Assembly: GCF_000378505.1 (NCBI RefSeq) | Contig: NZ_KB899998.1 | Coordinates: 137,239-161,238 of the forward strand | From: Modicisalibacter luteus DSM 23508 | Lineage (GTDB): Bacteria > Pseudomonadota > Gammaproteobacteria > Pseudomonadales > Halomonadaceae | Direction: 5' to 3' | DNA: 24,000 nucleotides | Position numbers and translations under genes: made by a program | Shown: in pieces, positions 12,123 to 19,572 of the stretch | How the letters are laid out: every line of letters starts with the position of its first letter | Numbering within the stretch: the first letter of the stretch is position 1 | The notes under the pieces: generated by a model | Databases searched by the model: none | What the model was told of the DNA's origin: nothing | The model's input: the letters and a program-made list of their open reading frames with translations, nothing else

Positions 12123-12641
12123 TCACAGCTCTTCGAGCGTGATGTGATGATTGGTGTAGACGCAGATATCGGCGGCAATGTTCAGTGACTTCTCGGTGAT
12201 GTCACGGGCCCCCAGATCGGTGTTCTCGAGCAGGGCCAGCGCCGCCGACTTGGCATAGTTGCCGCCGGAGCCGATGGCGATGATGCCGCGCTCCGGCTCG
12301 AGCACGTCACCGGTACCGGTGATGATCAGCGAGGCGTTCTTGTCGGCGACGGCAAGCATCGCTTCGAGACGCCGCAGGGCACGGTCGGTACGCCAGTCCT
12401 TGGCCAGCTCGACGGCGGCCTTGACCAGATGACCCTGGTATTTCTCCAGCTGAGACTCGAAACGTTCGAACAGGGTAAAGGCGTCGGCAGTACCACCAGC
12501 GAAACCGGCCAGGACTTGACCGCGGTAGAGGCGGCGGACCTTGCTGGCGTTGCCTTTCATTACCGTATCACCCAGCGATACCTGGCCGTCACCGGCAAGT
12601 GCGACCTGTTCACCGCGACGCACGGATACGATCGTCGTCAT
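12123..12641 (-). CDS. hslV: ATP-dependent protease subunit HslV
   Basis: ATG at 12641 gives [13 protein letters not shown].., with the catalytic Thr directly after Met, and AGGGAG lies upstream. The sequence is near-colinear with E. coli HslV. The track start at 12707 is an over-extension. Confidence 0.95.
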   Translation of the reverse strand: MTTIVSVRRGEQVALAGDGQVSLGDTVMKGNASKVRRLYRGQVLAGFAGGTADAFTLFERFESQLEKYQGHLVKAAVELAKDWRTDRALRRLEAMLAVADKNASLIITGTGDVLEPERGIIAIGSGGNYAKSAALALLENTDLGARDITEKSLNIAADICVYTNHHITLEEL

Positions 12642-12688
12642 GTGAAAAAACTCCCTGAGGGCAGGCAAGGCCCGCCCGATGAATGGGG

Positions 12689-12711
12689 GTGCGTGCCGAC
12701 GAGGCACGCAC
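12689..12711 (-). promoter_or_regulatory. Perfect 9-bp hairpin (gtgcgtgcc-N5-ggcacgcac) directly upstream of a sigma32-like -10 (CCCCATTC, 12688-12681) in the hslV leader/promoter region
   Basis: Read directly from the sequence. The -10-like octamer resembles the E. coli hslVU heat-shock promoter -10 (CCCCATTT), but no CTTGAA-like -35 sits at the right spacing. Confidence 0.3.
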
Positions 12712-12810
12712 CCGATCCGGAATCATTGACAGGAAGTGTGGGCACGGTGCCCGGAAATCAAGCGGTGGCCATGCCTAAACATGGCGCGAAGCTGGCGAGT
12801 AGCGTCACCG

Positions 12811-13500
12811 TCAATTCTGGAGTTTGATCAGCAGGGGCTCGATACCCTGGGTCATCATCAGGTCCTGGGCGCGATTGAGTTCGCGGGTGTCCTTGTAGGG
12901 GCCGACCTGGACGCGATGCCAGGTCTGGTTGCCCTGAGCCTTAACCTCGGTGATCTTGGCCAGCAGGCCGAAGTCCTGCAGGCGTCCGGCGAGCCGCTTG
13001 GCGTCGGCCGCTTCCTTGAAGGAGGCGGCCTGCAGCATATAGCTCGCCTGGCTCTCGGACGGTGCCGGGGCGGCCGGCTTCTTGGCAGCTGTCGTGGCCG
13101 GCGCGCTGGCTTCGACCACATCGGCGACAACGGTGGTGGCCGGCGTGCTCGGCACATCCTCCACCTTGGGCGCGATGACCTCGGATTCCGGCAGCAAGGT
13201 GTAGAACTCGAAGGTCGGCATGCGTGGCTCGCTGGCGGCCGCGGGCGGCTTCTCGCCTGCGGGCGCCTGCGATGGCTGGCTGGCCTGCTGGGTGCTCGGC
13301 GGCTTGGGTACGACGGTAGCCAGCGGCGGCGCGCTTTCCTGCAGGTACTGCGACAGCGCGAAACCGGCGATCAGGCCGGTAAGCCCCCATAGCCAGCCCG
13401 GTACGCTGCGCCGCTCCTTCTGGCGCGGGGCGCGGCGAGTCGTTGCACCCTTGGGTGGGGCACGACGGCTGGAGCTTTGCGAGGCGCTGCGGCGGGCCAT
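12811..13500 (-). CDS. SPOR-domain cell-division protein, FtsN-like
   Basis: It has a basic N-terminus, one TM helix (WLWGLTGLIAGFALSQYL), a Pro/Ala/Gln-rich linker and a C-terminal SPOR fold (SYMLQAASFKEAADAKRLAGRL...WHRVQVGPY). Its position next to hslVU mirrors E. coli ftsN-hslVU. GAGGAG lies inside the argS 3' end, and only 3 nt separate the two genes. Confidence 0.75.
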   Translation of the reverse strand: MARRSASQSSSRRAPPKGATTRRAPRQKERRSVPGWLWGLTGLIAGFALSQYLQESAPPLATVVPKPPSTQQASQPSQAPAGEKPPAAASEPRMPTFEFYTLLPESEVIAPKVEDVPSTPATTVVADVVEASAPATTAAKKPAAPAPSESQASYMLQAASFKEAADAKRLAGRLQDFGLLAKITEVKAQGNQTWHRVQVGPYKDTRELNRAQDLMMTQGIEPLLIKLQN

Positions 13501-13503
13501 GGT

Positions 13504-15189
13504 TTACATCTCCTCGGGTGCGCTGACGCCCAGCAGGTCCAGGCCGTTGCGAATCACCTGGCGGGTGGCCAGGCCCAGGGCGAGACGCGCATTGCGCAGC
13601 GCGTCATCCTCGACCATGACCTTGACCGCGTTGTAACAGGTATGGAAATCGGCGGCGAGGTCTTGCAGGTATTGGGCGACCTGTTGCGGTTCGCGGTTGA
13701 GCGCGGCGTGCTCGACAACCTCGGGGAAACGCGCCAGACGGTTCATGAGCGCCTTTTCCTGATCCGCTTCGAGCTGTGCCAGGTTGGCGAAGCCGAGTTC
13801 GCGATCGAAGGGCATGCCGTCAGTTTCGGCCTTGCGCATCACGCTACATAGACGGGCGTGGGCATACTGCACGTAGTAGACCGGGTTGTCGTTGGACTGC
13901 GAACGTGCCAGGTCGATGTCGAAGGTCAACTGCGAGTCGGCGCGCCGGGCTGCCAGGAAATAGCGGGTAGCGTCGCGGCCGACCTCGTCGATCAGGTCGC
14001 GCAGGGTAACGTAGCTGCCAGCACGCTTGGAGAGCTTCACTTCTTCGCCTGAGCGAGTGACCAGCACCATCTGGTGCAGCACGTAGTCCGGCCAGCCCTG
14101 GGGGATATCGGCTTCCAGCGCCTGCAGGCCGGCGCGCACGCGGGTCACCGTGGAATGGTGGTCGGCGCCCTGTTCGTTGATGACCTGCTTGAAACCGCGC
14201 TGCCACTTGTCGAGGTGGTAGGCGACGTCGGGCAAGAAGTAGGTGTAGCCACCATCGGTCTTGCGCATCACCCGGTCCTTGTCGTCACCGAAATCGGTAG
14301 TGCGCAGCCACAGGGCACCATCCTGCTCGTAGGTGTGGCCGTTGTCGATCAGGCGCTGCACGGCCTGCTCGACCTTGCCGTCGCGGTACAGCGAGGATTC
14401 CAGAAAGTAGACATCAAACTCGACACCGAACGCCTTGAGATCCAGATCCTGCTCACGGCGCAGGTAGGCCACGGCGAAACGCCGGATCGCCTCGAGATCA
14501 TCGGCATCGGCGGCACCGGTGACATGCTGGTCGTCGGCATGGATGGTCTCGCCGGCCAGATAGCTATTGGCCACGTCGACAATGTAGTCGCCCCGGTAGC
14601 CGTCGGCGGGCCAACTCGGGTCCTCGGGCGTCAGGCCCTTGGCGCGCGCCTGGACCGATAGCGCCAGGTTGCTGATCTGAGCACCGGCGTCGTTGTAGTA
14701 GAACTCGCGCGTCACGTCATAACCGGTGGCCTCGAGCAGCCGGCACAGACAATCGCCAATCGCCGCGCCACGGCCATGGCCGACATGCAGCGGCCCGGTG
14801 GGGTTGGCGGAGACGAACTCCACCTGCACCTTCTCGCCAGTGCCCCGCATACTGCGGCCGAAGGTATCGCCGGTATTCAGGATGGTAGGCACGATCTGCG
14901 CCACGGCATCGGTGGCGGCAAAGAAGTTGAGAAAACCGGGGCCGGCGATCTCCACCTTGCTCACGGCGTCGGTGGCCGGTAGTGCCTGGACCAGCGCCTC
15001 GGCCACGTCACGGGGCTTCTTGCCAGCGGGTTTGGCGAGCATCAGTGCCAGGTTGCTGGCGTAGTCGCCGTGGGCCTTGTCCTTGGTCGGGTCGACCTTG
15101 AAGGAAGGAGAAACGTCATCGGGCACGAGACCCTGCTGCTTGAGCGAGGCCAGCGCCTCTTCGAGCAGTGCGGAAATAGTATCTTTCAT
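13504..15189 (-). CDS. argS: Arginine--tRNA ligase
   Basis: 561 aa with HIGH motif [17 protein letters not shown], a KMSK-like [14 protein letters not shown] block and an anticodon-binding C-terminus ending ..GVSAPEEM. Confidence 0.96.
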   Translation of the reverse strand: MKDTISALLEEALASLKQQGLVPDDVSPSFKVDPTKDKAHGDYASNLALMLAKPAGKKPRDVAEALVQALPATDAVSKVEIAGPGFLNFFAATDAVAQIVPTILNTGDTFGRSMRGTGEKVQVEFVSANPTGPLHVGHGRGAAIGDCLCRLLEATGYDVTREFYYNDAGAQISNLALSVQARAKGLTPEDPSWPADGYRGDYIVDVANSYLAGETIHADDQHVTGAADADDLEAIRRFAVAYLRREQDLDLKAFGVEFDVYFLESSLYRDGKVEQAVQRLIDNGHTYEQDGALWLRTTDFGDDKDRVMRKTDGGYTYFLPDVAYHLDKWQRGFKQVINEQGADHHSTVTRVRAGLQALEADIPQGWPDYVLHQMVLVTRSGEEVKLSKRAGSYVTLRDLIDEVGRDATRYFLAARRADSQLTFDIDLARSQSNDNPVYYVQYAHARLCSVMRKAETDGMPFDRELGFANLAQLEADQEKALMNRLARFPEVVEHAALNREPQQVAQYLQDLAADFHTCYNAVKVMVEDDALRNARLALGLATRQVIRNGLDLLGVSAPEEM

Positions 15190-15349
15190 GGATATGCGTG
15201 CTTGTCCTGTGGCCCTGGCGGCGCGCGAGCGGGTGGCGAACGAGGCTCTCGCGGCGGTGCAGCGGCGTCAATTCGGCGCTCATCTTTCGAGCATGGCCGC
15301 TCATTATCGGCAATTGCGGCCCGGCTTTAAACCTCTGTCGACTCACGCT

Positions 15350-17596
15350 TCAGCTCAACGATTGTGGATCGATATCCAGATTCCAACGGGCGCGCCGGGC
15401 CAGCGGTGATTGCTCCATCCATCCGGTCAGGTAGGCACAGGCCTCATGAAGCGGGCTGCGCTTGGCTGCAGACAGCATCACCTGCACGTGGTAGCGGTTT
15501 TGACGGCGCTCCATCGGCGCAGGAACCGGGCCCAGACAGTCCACCGCCAGGCCGCGTTCCGGCAGCCATTGGCGAAGGGCAGTGGCCGCTTCGCCGGCCA
15601 GTGTCAGGCCGTCAGCCTCGCGGGGGCTCTCAAGGCGTAATAGGGCCATGTGGCGATAGGGCGGAAGGCCGGCGATACGCCGTTCTTCGAGCAGACTCTC
15701 GGCCAGCGCGTCGTAGCCGCTCTCGGCGAGCAGGCGCAGGTGCGGATCGTCGGGGTGGAGGGTCTGGACCAGCACGCGCCCCGGTCGCTCCGCACGGCCG
15801 GCGCGGCCGGCGACCTGGATCAACAGCTGGGCGCTGTGCTCCAGGGCGCGGAAGTCGCTGGCATACAGGCCAGCGTCGGCATTGACCACGACCACCAGTG
15901 TGACATGCGGCAAATGGTGTCCCTTGGCGAGCATCTGGGTGCCGACCAACAAGCAGGGCTCGCCACGGCGTATCTCGTTCAGGGTGTTCTCGAAAGCATC
16001 CTTGCGCCGGGTGCTGTCACGGTCGATACGGTGTACGCAGACACCTGGAAACAGTTCGCCCAGGCTCTCTTCGCTGCGCTCGGTACCGGTGCCCAATGGA
16101 CGCAGATCGGCGCTGCCACAGTCAGGGCAGGCCTCGGGAATACTGCGCTGTCGCTCGCAGTGGTGGCAGGTCAGCTGCGGCGGCTGGCGGTGCAGGGTCA
16201 GGCGTGCATCGCACCAGTCGCATTCTGCCAGCCAGCCGCAGTTATGGCAGGCCAGCGTAGGCGCGAAGCCGCGCCGGTTGATGAATACCAGTACCTGCCC
16301 ACCGGCCCCCAGCGTCCCCTTGATGGCATCGATTACCGGTGGAATCAGCCCGCCCTGGCGCGAGCGACCGCGCAGGTCGATCAACTCCAGGCGGGCCGGG
16401 GCATGCGAGCTGGCGCGGCGCGTCAGGCGCAAGTGGCGGTAATGACCGGCACGTGCCTGCACCAGGCTTTCCAGCGAGGGTGTGGCACTTCCGAGAACGA
16501 TCGGAATATCATGTTTGTGGGCGCGGGCGATAGCCAGGTCGCGGGCATGGTAGCGCAGGCTGTCCTGCTGCTTGTAAGAACCGTCGTGTTCCTCATCGAC
16601 GATGATCGCCCCGGGCCGGGCTAGCGGCGTGAAGATCGCCGAGCGCGTACCGATGATGATGGGTGCGCGTCCGGCGCGGGCAGCCTCCCAGGCATCCAGT
16701 CGCTCGGCATCGGTCAGCCCTGAATGCAGCGCCACCACCGGTACCCGGAAGCGCCGGCGAAAGCGCGACAGGGTCTGCGGGGTCAGGCCGATCTCCGGTA
16801 CCAGCACCAGCGCCTGGCGACCCTGGGCGACGATGGCCTCGATCAGTTGCAGATAAACTTCGGTCTTGCCGCTGCCGGTCACTCCCTGCAACAGGCACGG
16901 ATGGTAGCGGTTGAGTCCTTGATGAAGCTCGCTCAGCGCCGTGGCCTGCTCGCGATTCAATGTGAGTGCCGGCTCGGCGAGCAGCGCGCTGCCCGGCGTG
17001 GCGGGCGAGGCCATGAGCGGTTCCTCGTGGCACTCGGCCAGCCCCTTTTCGGCCAGCGCCTTGAGCTGGGCGCGGGTGAAGCCCTGAGCGCTGATCACCG
17101 AGCCCACCACGCCACGCGGATGCTGACGCAGCAATTCCAGCAGTTCGGCCTGGCGGCGAGCCCGCCCTAGACTGGCAGCGTCTTTGCTCTGACCGGTGGC
17201 CGTCAGTTGCCAGCGTTCCCGGGTGCGCGCCTCCAGCGGTCGGCCCTGGCGCAGCAGTACCGGCATTGCCTGATGCAGCGTATCGCCGAGGGCATGCTGG
17301 TAATAACGCGCCGTGAAGCGACACAGCCATAACCAATCCGCCGGTAATGGCTGGCTGTCCAGACAGGCGCTGACCGGTTTCAGCGAGGCGAGATCGAGAT
17401 CGCTGGTATCGCGACACTCGACGACGATGCCCACGACGTCGCGACGCCCAAGGGGCACCCTGACACGCATGCCCGGTTGCCAGCCGGCAGACGGCCCCGG
17501 TTGACATGGGCGATAGTCGAACAGCTTGCGCAGCGGGGTGGGAACGGCAACACCCAGCACCTTGGGCGTGGACGGTATGGCGGGCGATGAAGGCAA
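15350..17596 (-). CDS. priA: Primosomal replication-restart helicase PriA (protein N')
   Basis: Walker A GVTGSGKTEVY, DEEH box IIVDEEHDGSYKQ and a Cys-rich zinc region (CHNCGW..CDWCD..CHHCE..CPDCGS) are present. The start is TTG at 17596 with AAGGGAG 5 nt upstream. GTG at 17560 is a shorter alternative. Confidence 0.93.
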   Translation of the reverse strand: MPSSPAIPSTPKVLGVAVPTPLRKLFDYRPCQPGPSAGWQPGMRVRVPLGRRDVVGIVVECRDTSDLDLASLKPVSACLDSQPLPADWLWLCRFTARYYQHALGDTLHQAMPVLLRQGRPLEARTRERWQLTATGQSKDAASLGRARRQAELLELLRQHPRGVVGSVISAQGFTRAQLKALAEKGLAECHEEPLMASPATPGSALLAEPALTLNREQATALSELHQGLNRYHPCLLQGVTGSGKTEVYLQLIEAIVAQGRQALVLVPEIGLTPQTLSRFRRRFRVPVVALHSGLTDAERLDAWEAARAGRAPIIIGTRSAIFTPLARPGAIIVDEEHDGSYKQQDSLRYHARDLAIARAHKHDIPIVLGSATPSLESLVQARAGHYRHLRLTRRASSHAPARLELIDLRGRSRQGGLIPPVIDAIKGTLGAGGQVLVFINRRGFAPTLACHNCGWLAECDWCDARLTLHRQPPQLTCHHCERQRSIPEACPDCGSADLRPLGTGTERSEESLGELFPGVCVHRIDRDSTRRKDAFENTLNEIRRGEPCLLVGTQMLAKGHHLPHVTLVVVVNADAGLYASDFRALEHSAQLLIQVAGRAGRAERPGRVLVQTLHPDDPHLRLLAESGYDALAESLLEERRIAGLPPYRHMALLRLESPREADGLTLAGEAATALRQWLPERGLAVDCLGPVPAPMERRQNRYHVQVMLSAAKRSPLHEACAYLTGWMEQSPLARRARWNLDIDPQSLS

Positions 17597-17625
17597 TTGG
17601 ACTCCCTTGATGGCTCTGCTATAAT
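17597..17625 (+). promoter_or_regulatory. Near-consensus sigma70 promoter for rpmE: -35 TTGGAC (17597-17602), 17-nt spacer, -10 TATAAT (17620-17625)
   Basis: Hexamers and spacing are read directly from the sequence. It is correctly oriented about 130 nt upstream of rpmE. The -35 abuts the priA TTG start and overlaps its SD on the other strand. Confidence 0.55.
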
Positions 17626-17631
17626 GCCCGG

Positions 17632-17754
17632 CCTTCCTGAACGACGCCGCACGTTCGCGCCGTGGGAGGAAACCGGTTCACTCAACCCGTGTGCGGTGCC
17701 TGACCTAACATATTCAGGATCAGGTGGCGGTACACCGACTCGTGAGGCATCAAG
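17632..17754 (+). promoter_or_regulatory. Long (~120 nt) predicted rpmE 5' leader with nested complementary segments
   Basis: Complementary pairs are cctgaa (17636-17641)/ttcagg (17713-17718) and ccgcac (17647-17652)/gtgcgg (17691-17696). There is an internal palindrome aaccggtt. GAGG lies 8 nt before the ATG. The extent depends on the predicted promoter. Confidence 0.35.
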
Positions 17755-17970
17755 ATGAAACAAGGTATCCATCCGGAATACAAGAAGGTCACGGCGACCT
17801 GTTCCTGTGGCGCTGTTCATTCAGTCGGCAGCACCGCTGGCGAAGACCTGTCACTGGACGTTTGCTCCAACTGCCACCCGTTCTACACCGGTAAGCAGAA
17901 GCAAGCGACCACCGGCGGCCGCGTCGAGCGTTTCAACAAGCGTTTCGGTGCCGCTATCAAGCGTGGCTAA
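17755..17970 (+). CDS. rpmE: 50S ribosomal protein L31 (bL31), zinc-ribbon type A
   Basis: [19 protein letters not shown]...[12 protein letters not shown] carries the CxC...CxxC cysteines of the Zn-binding form. Length is 71 aa. Confidence 0.97.
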   Translation: MKQGIHPEYKKVTATCSCGAVHSVGSTAGEDLSLDVCSNCHPFYTGKQKQATTGGRVERFNKRFGAAIKRG

Positions 17971-17984
17971 TTATCGCTTGGATC

Positions 17985-18013
17985 AAAAAACCCGCCCTTG
18001 TGGCGGGTTTTTT
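17985..18013 (+). terminator. Rho-independent terminator of rpmE
   Basis: An A6 run is followed by stem cccgcc / ggcggg with a 5-nt loop, then T6 (18008-18013). Confidence 0.9.
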
Positions 18014-18038
18014 ATTGCCTGAGTTTCGGCGGCAATAA

Positions 18039-18078
18039 GCTGCGACTTATGCTGGAAGTGACAGGCATAAGTTGCAGC
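18039..18078. repeat. 14-bp inverted repeat gctgcgacttatgc-N12-gcataagttgcagc in an AT-rich spacer
   Basis: 13/14 Watson-Crick complementarity, and the single mismatch is a G:U pair in RNA. It lies 26 nt after the rpmE terminator and about 130 nt upstream of the malic-enzyme start. Confidence 0.6.
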
Positions 18079-18208
18079 GAATATCTGGAAACGTTTTCAA
18101 ACAAGCGGCTAAAAGCAAAGAAAGACAGTAACTTGGATCAAGTTGTCCAGCTGTGCTTTTTTCTATATTCTTGGCGGACTTCTCAAAGATCATACCGGAT
18201 TTAGACGC

Positions 18209-19480
18209 ATGACAGACGCGAAAAAGCAGGCGGCTCTGGATTACCACTCCCAGCCGATTCCCGGCAAGTTATCCGTTGAAATCACCAAGCCGACCTCATC
18301 CGCCAAACACCTGGCTCTGGCTTACAGCCCCGGGGTTGCCGAGCCGGTTCGCGAAATCGCCAAAGACCCGGAAAACGCCTACCTCTATACCGGCAAGGGC
18401 AATCTGGTTGCGGTCATCTCCGACGGTAGCGCCATCCTCGGCCTGGGTAACCTGGGCGCGCTGGCCAGCAAGCCGGTCATGGAGGGCAAGGGGCTGCTGT
18501 TCAAGCGCTTTGCCGGTATCAACTCCATCGATATCGAAGTCAACGCCGAGAGCCCTCAAGCCTTCATCGATACCGTGGCACGTATCGCCGATACCTGGGG
18601 TGGCATCAACCTCGAGGACATCAAGGCGCCGGAGTGCTTCGAGATCGAACGCGCGCTGATTGAACAGTGCAATATCCCCGTCTTCCACGACGACCAGCAC
18701 GGTACCGCCATCGTGACCGCGGCCGGTATGCTCAACGCACTGGATATCGCCGAGAAGAAGATCGAAGACGCGCGAATCGTCTGCCTGGGTGCCGGCTCTG
18801 CCGCCATCGCCTGCATGAAGCTGCTGGTATCTTGCGGCGCCAAGGCCGAGAACATCTACATGCTCGACCGCAAGGGCGTCATTCACAGCGGCCGTGATGA
18901 TCTCAACCAGTACAAGGCGATGTTTGCCACCGAGACCGAGCTGCGCACGCTGGACGAAGTCATCGAAGGTGCTGACGTATTCATTGGTCTGTCCGGTCCC
19001 AACCTGCTGAGCGCCGAGCAGCTCAAGAAAATGGCCGACAACCCGGTGGTCTTCGCCTGCTCCAACCCGGACCCCGAGATCCACCCGGACGTGGCCAACG
19101 AAGCGCGCCCCGACGTGATCATGGCGACTGGTCGTTCCGACTACCCCAATCAGGTCAATAACGTACTCGGTTTCCCGTTCATCTTCCGCGGTGCATTGGA
19201 CGTTCGTGCCACTCGCATCAACGAGGAAATGAAAGTCGCCGCTGTGCATGCGCTCAAGGACCTGGCCCGTGAGCCGGTACCGCAGGAAGTCCTCGAGGCC
19301 TACGAGGTCGACGCCCTGGAATTCGGCCGTGGCTATATCATCCCCACGCCGATGGACGCGCGCCTGCTGGATCGTGTTTCGTCCGCCGTGGCTCAGGCTG
19401 CTGTCGATACTGGCGTCGCCCGTCGTCCGTATCCCTCGCACTATCCGCTGACCAGCGTGGACGACGTCTACGGTGGCTAA
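18209..19480 (+). CDS. NAD(P)-dependent malic enzyme, short form (no C-terminal phosphotransacetylase-like domain)
   Basis: ATG at 18209 (MTDAKKQAALDYH..PGKL) matches MaeB-type N-termini. Motifs YSPGVAEP, VISDGSAILGLGNLG, FHDDQHGTA and GAGSAAIAC are present. It ends at about 423 aa, whereas E. coli MaeB is about 759 aa. The track start at 18143 is an over-extension into AT-rich spacer. Confidence 0.9.
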   Translation: MTDAKKQAALDYHSQPIPGKLSVEITKPTSSAKHLALAYSPGVAEPVREIAKDPENAYLYTGKGNLVAVISDGSAILGLGNLGALASKPVMEGKGLLFKRFAGINSIDIEVNAESPQAFIDTVARIADTWGGINLEDIKAPECFEIERALIEQCNIPVFHDDQHGTAIVTAAGMLNALDIAEKKIEDARIVCLGAGSAAIACMKLLVSCGAKAENIYMLDRKGVIHSGRDDLNQYKAMFATETELRTLDEVIEGADVFIGLSGPNLLSAEQLKKMADNPVVFACSNPDPEIHPDVANEARPDVIMATGRSDYPNQVNNVLGFPFIFRGALDVRATRINEEMKVAAVHALKDLAREPVPQEVLEAYEVDALEFGRGYIIPTPMDARLLDRVSSAVAQAAVDTGVARRPYPSHYPLTSVDDVYGG

Positions 19481-19503
19481 GCCATAGCGCGAATGCTGAT
19501 AAG

Positions 19504-19538
19504 AAAAAACGGCAGCTGATTCCAGCTGCCGTTTTTTT
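19504..19538. terminator. Bidirectional Rho-independent terminator between the malic-enzyme and PRC-barrel genes
   Basis: An A6 run is followed by a perfect 9-bp stem cggcagctg / cagctgccg with loop attc, then T7 (19532-19538). It therefore reads stem plus U-tract on both strands. Confidence 0.85.
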
Positions 19539-19572
19539 CGCCGTTAAGGGCGTCATGCACGCAATGAGCCGC

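Noticed and set aside
11173-12147. 324-aa plus-strand ORF antisense to hslU. Similar ORFs lie at 10850-11638 and 11544-11933.
   Set aside because: It lies fully inside a confidently identified gene. The translation is low-complexity and Arg/Ala/Gly/Leu-rich with no recognisable motifs. Long stop-free antisense frames are expected in high-GC DNA.
12735-12762. Sigma32-type promoter candidate CTTGATT-N13-CCCACACT upstream of hslV.
   Set aside because: The -35 match is good, but the -10 matches the CCCCATnT consensus at only about half the positions. It is kept as a hypothesis in a finding and not called as a feature.
15650-17507. 324-aa plus-strand ORF (15650-16624) and 304-aa alternate-frame minus-strand ORF (16593-17507) within priA.
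   Set aside because: These are shadow or alternate frames of priA. They have an Arg/Gly/Ala/Pro-rich composition, no SD-start context and no motifs.
18296-19441. 381-aa minus-strand ORF antisense to the malic enzyme.
   Set aside because: It is a complete antisense shadow of a well-supported CDS. No start context is present and no family resemblance is seen.
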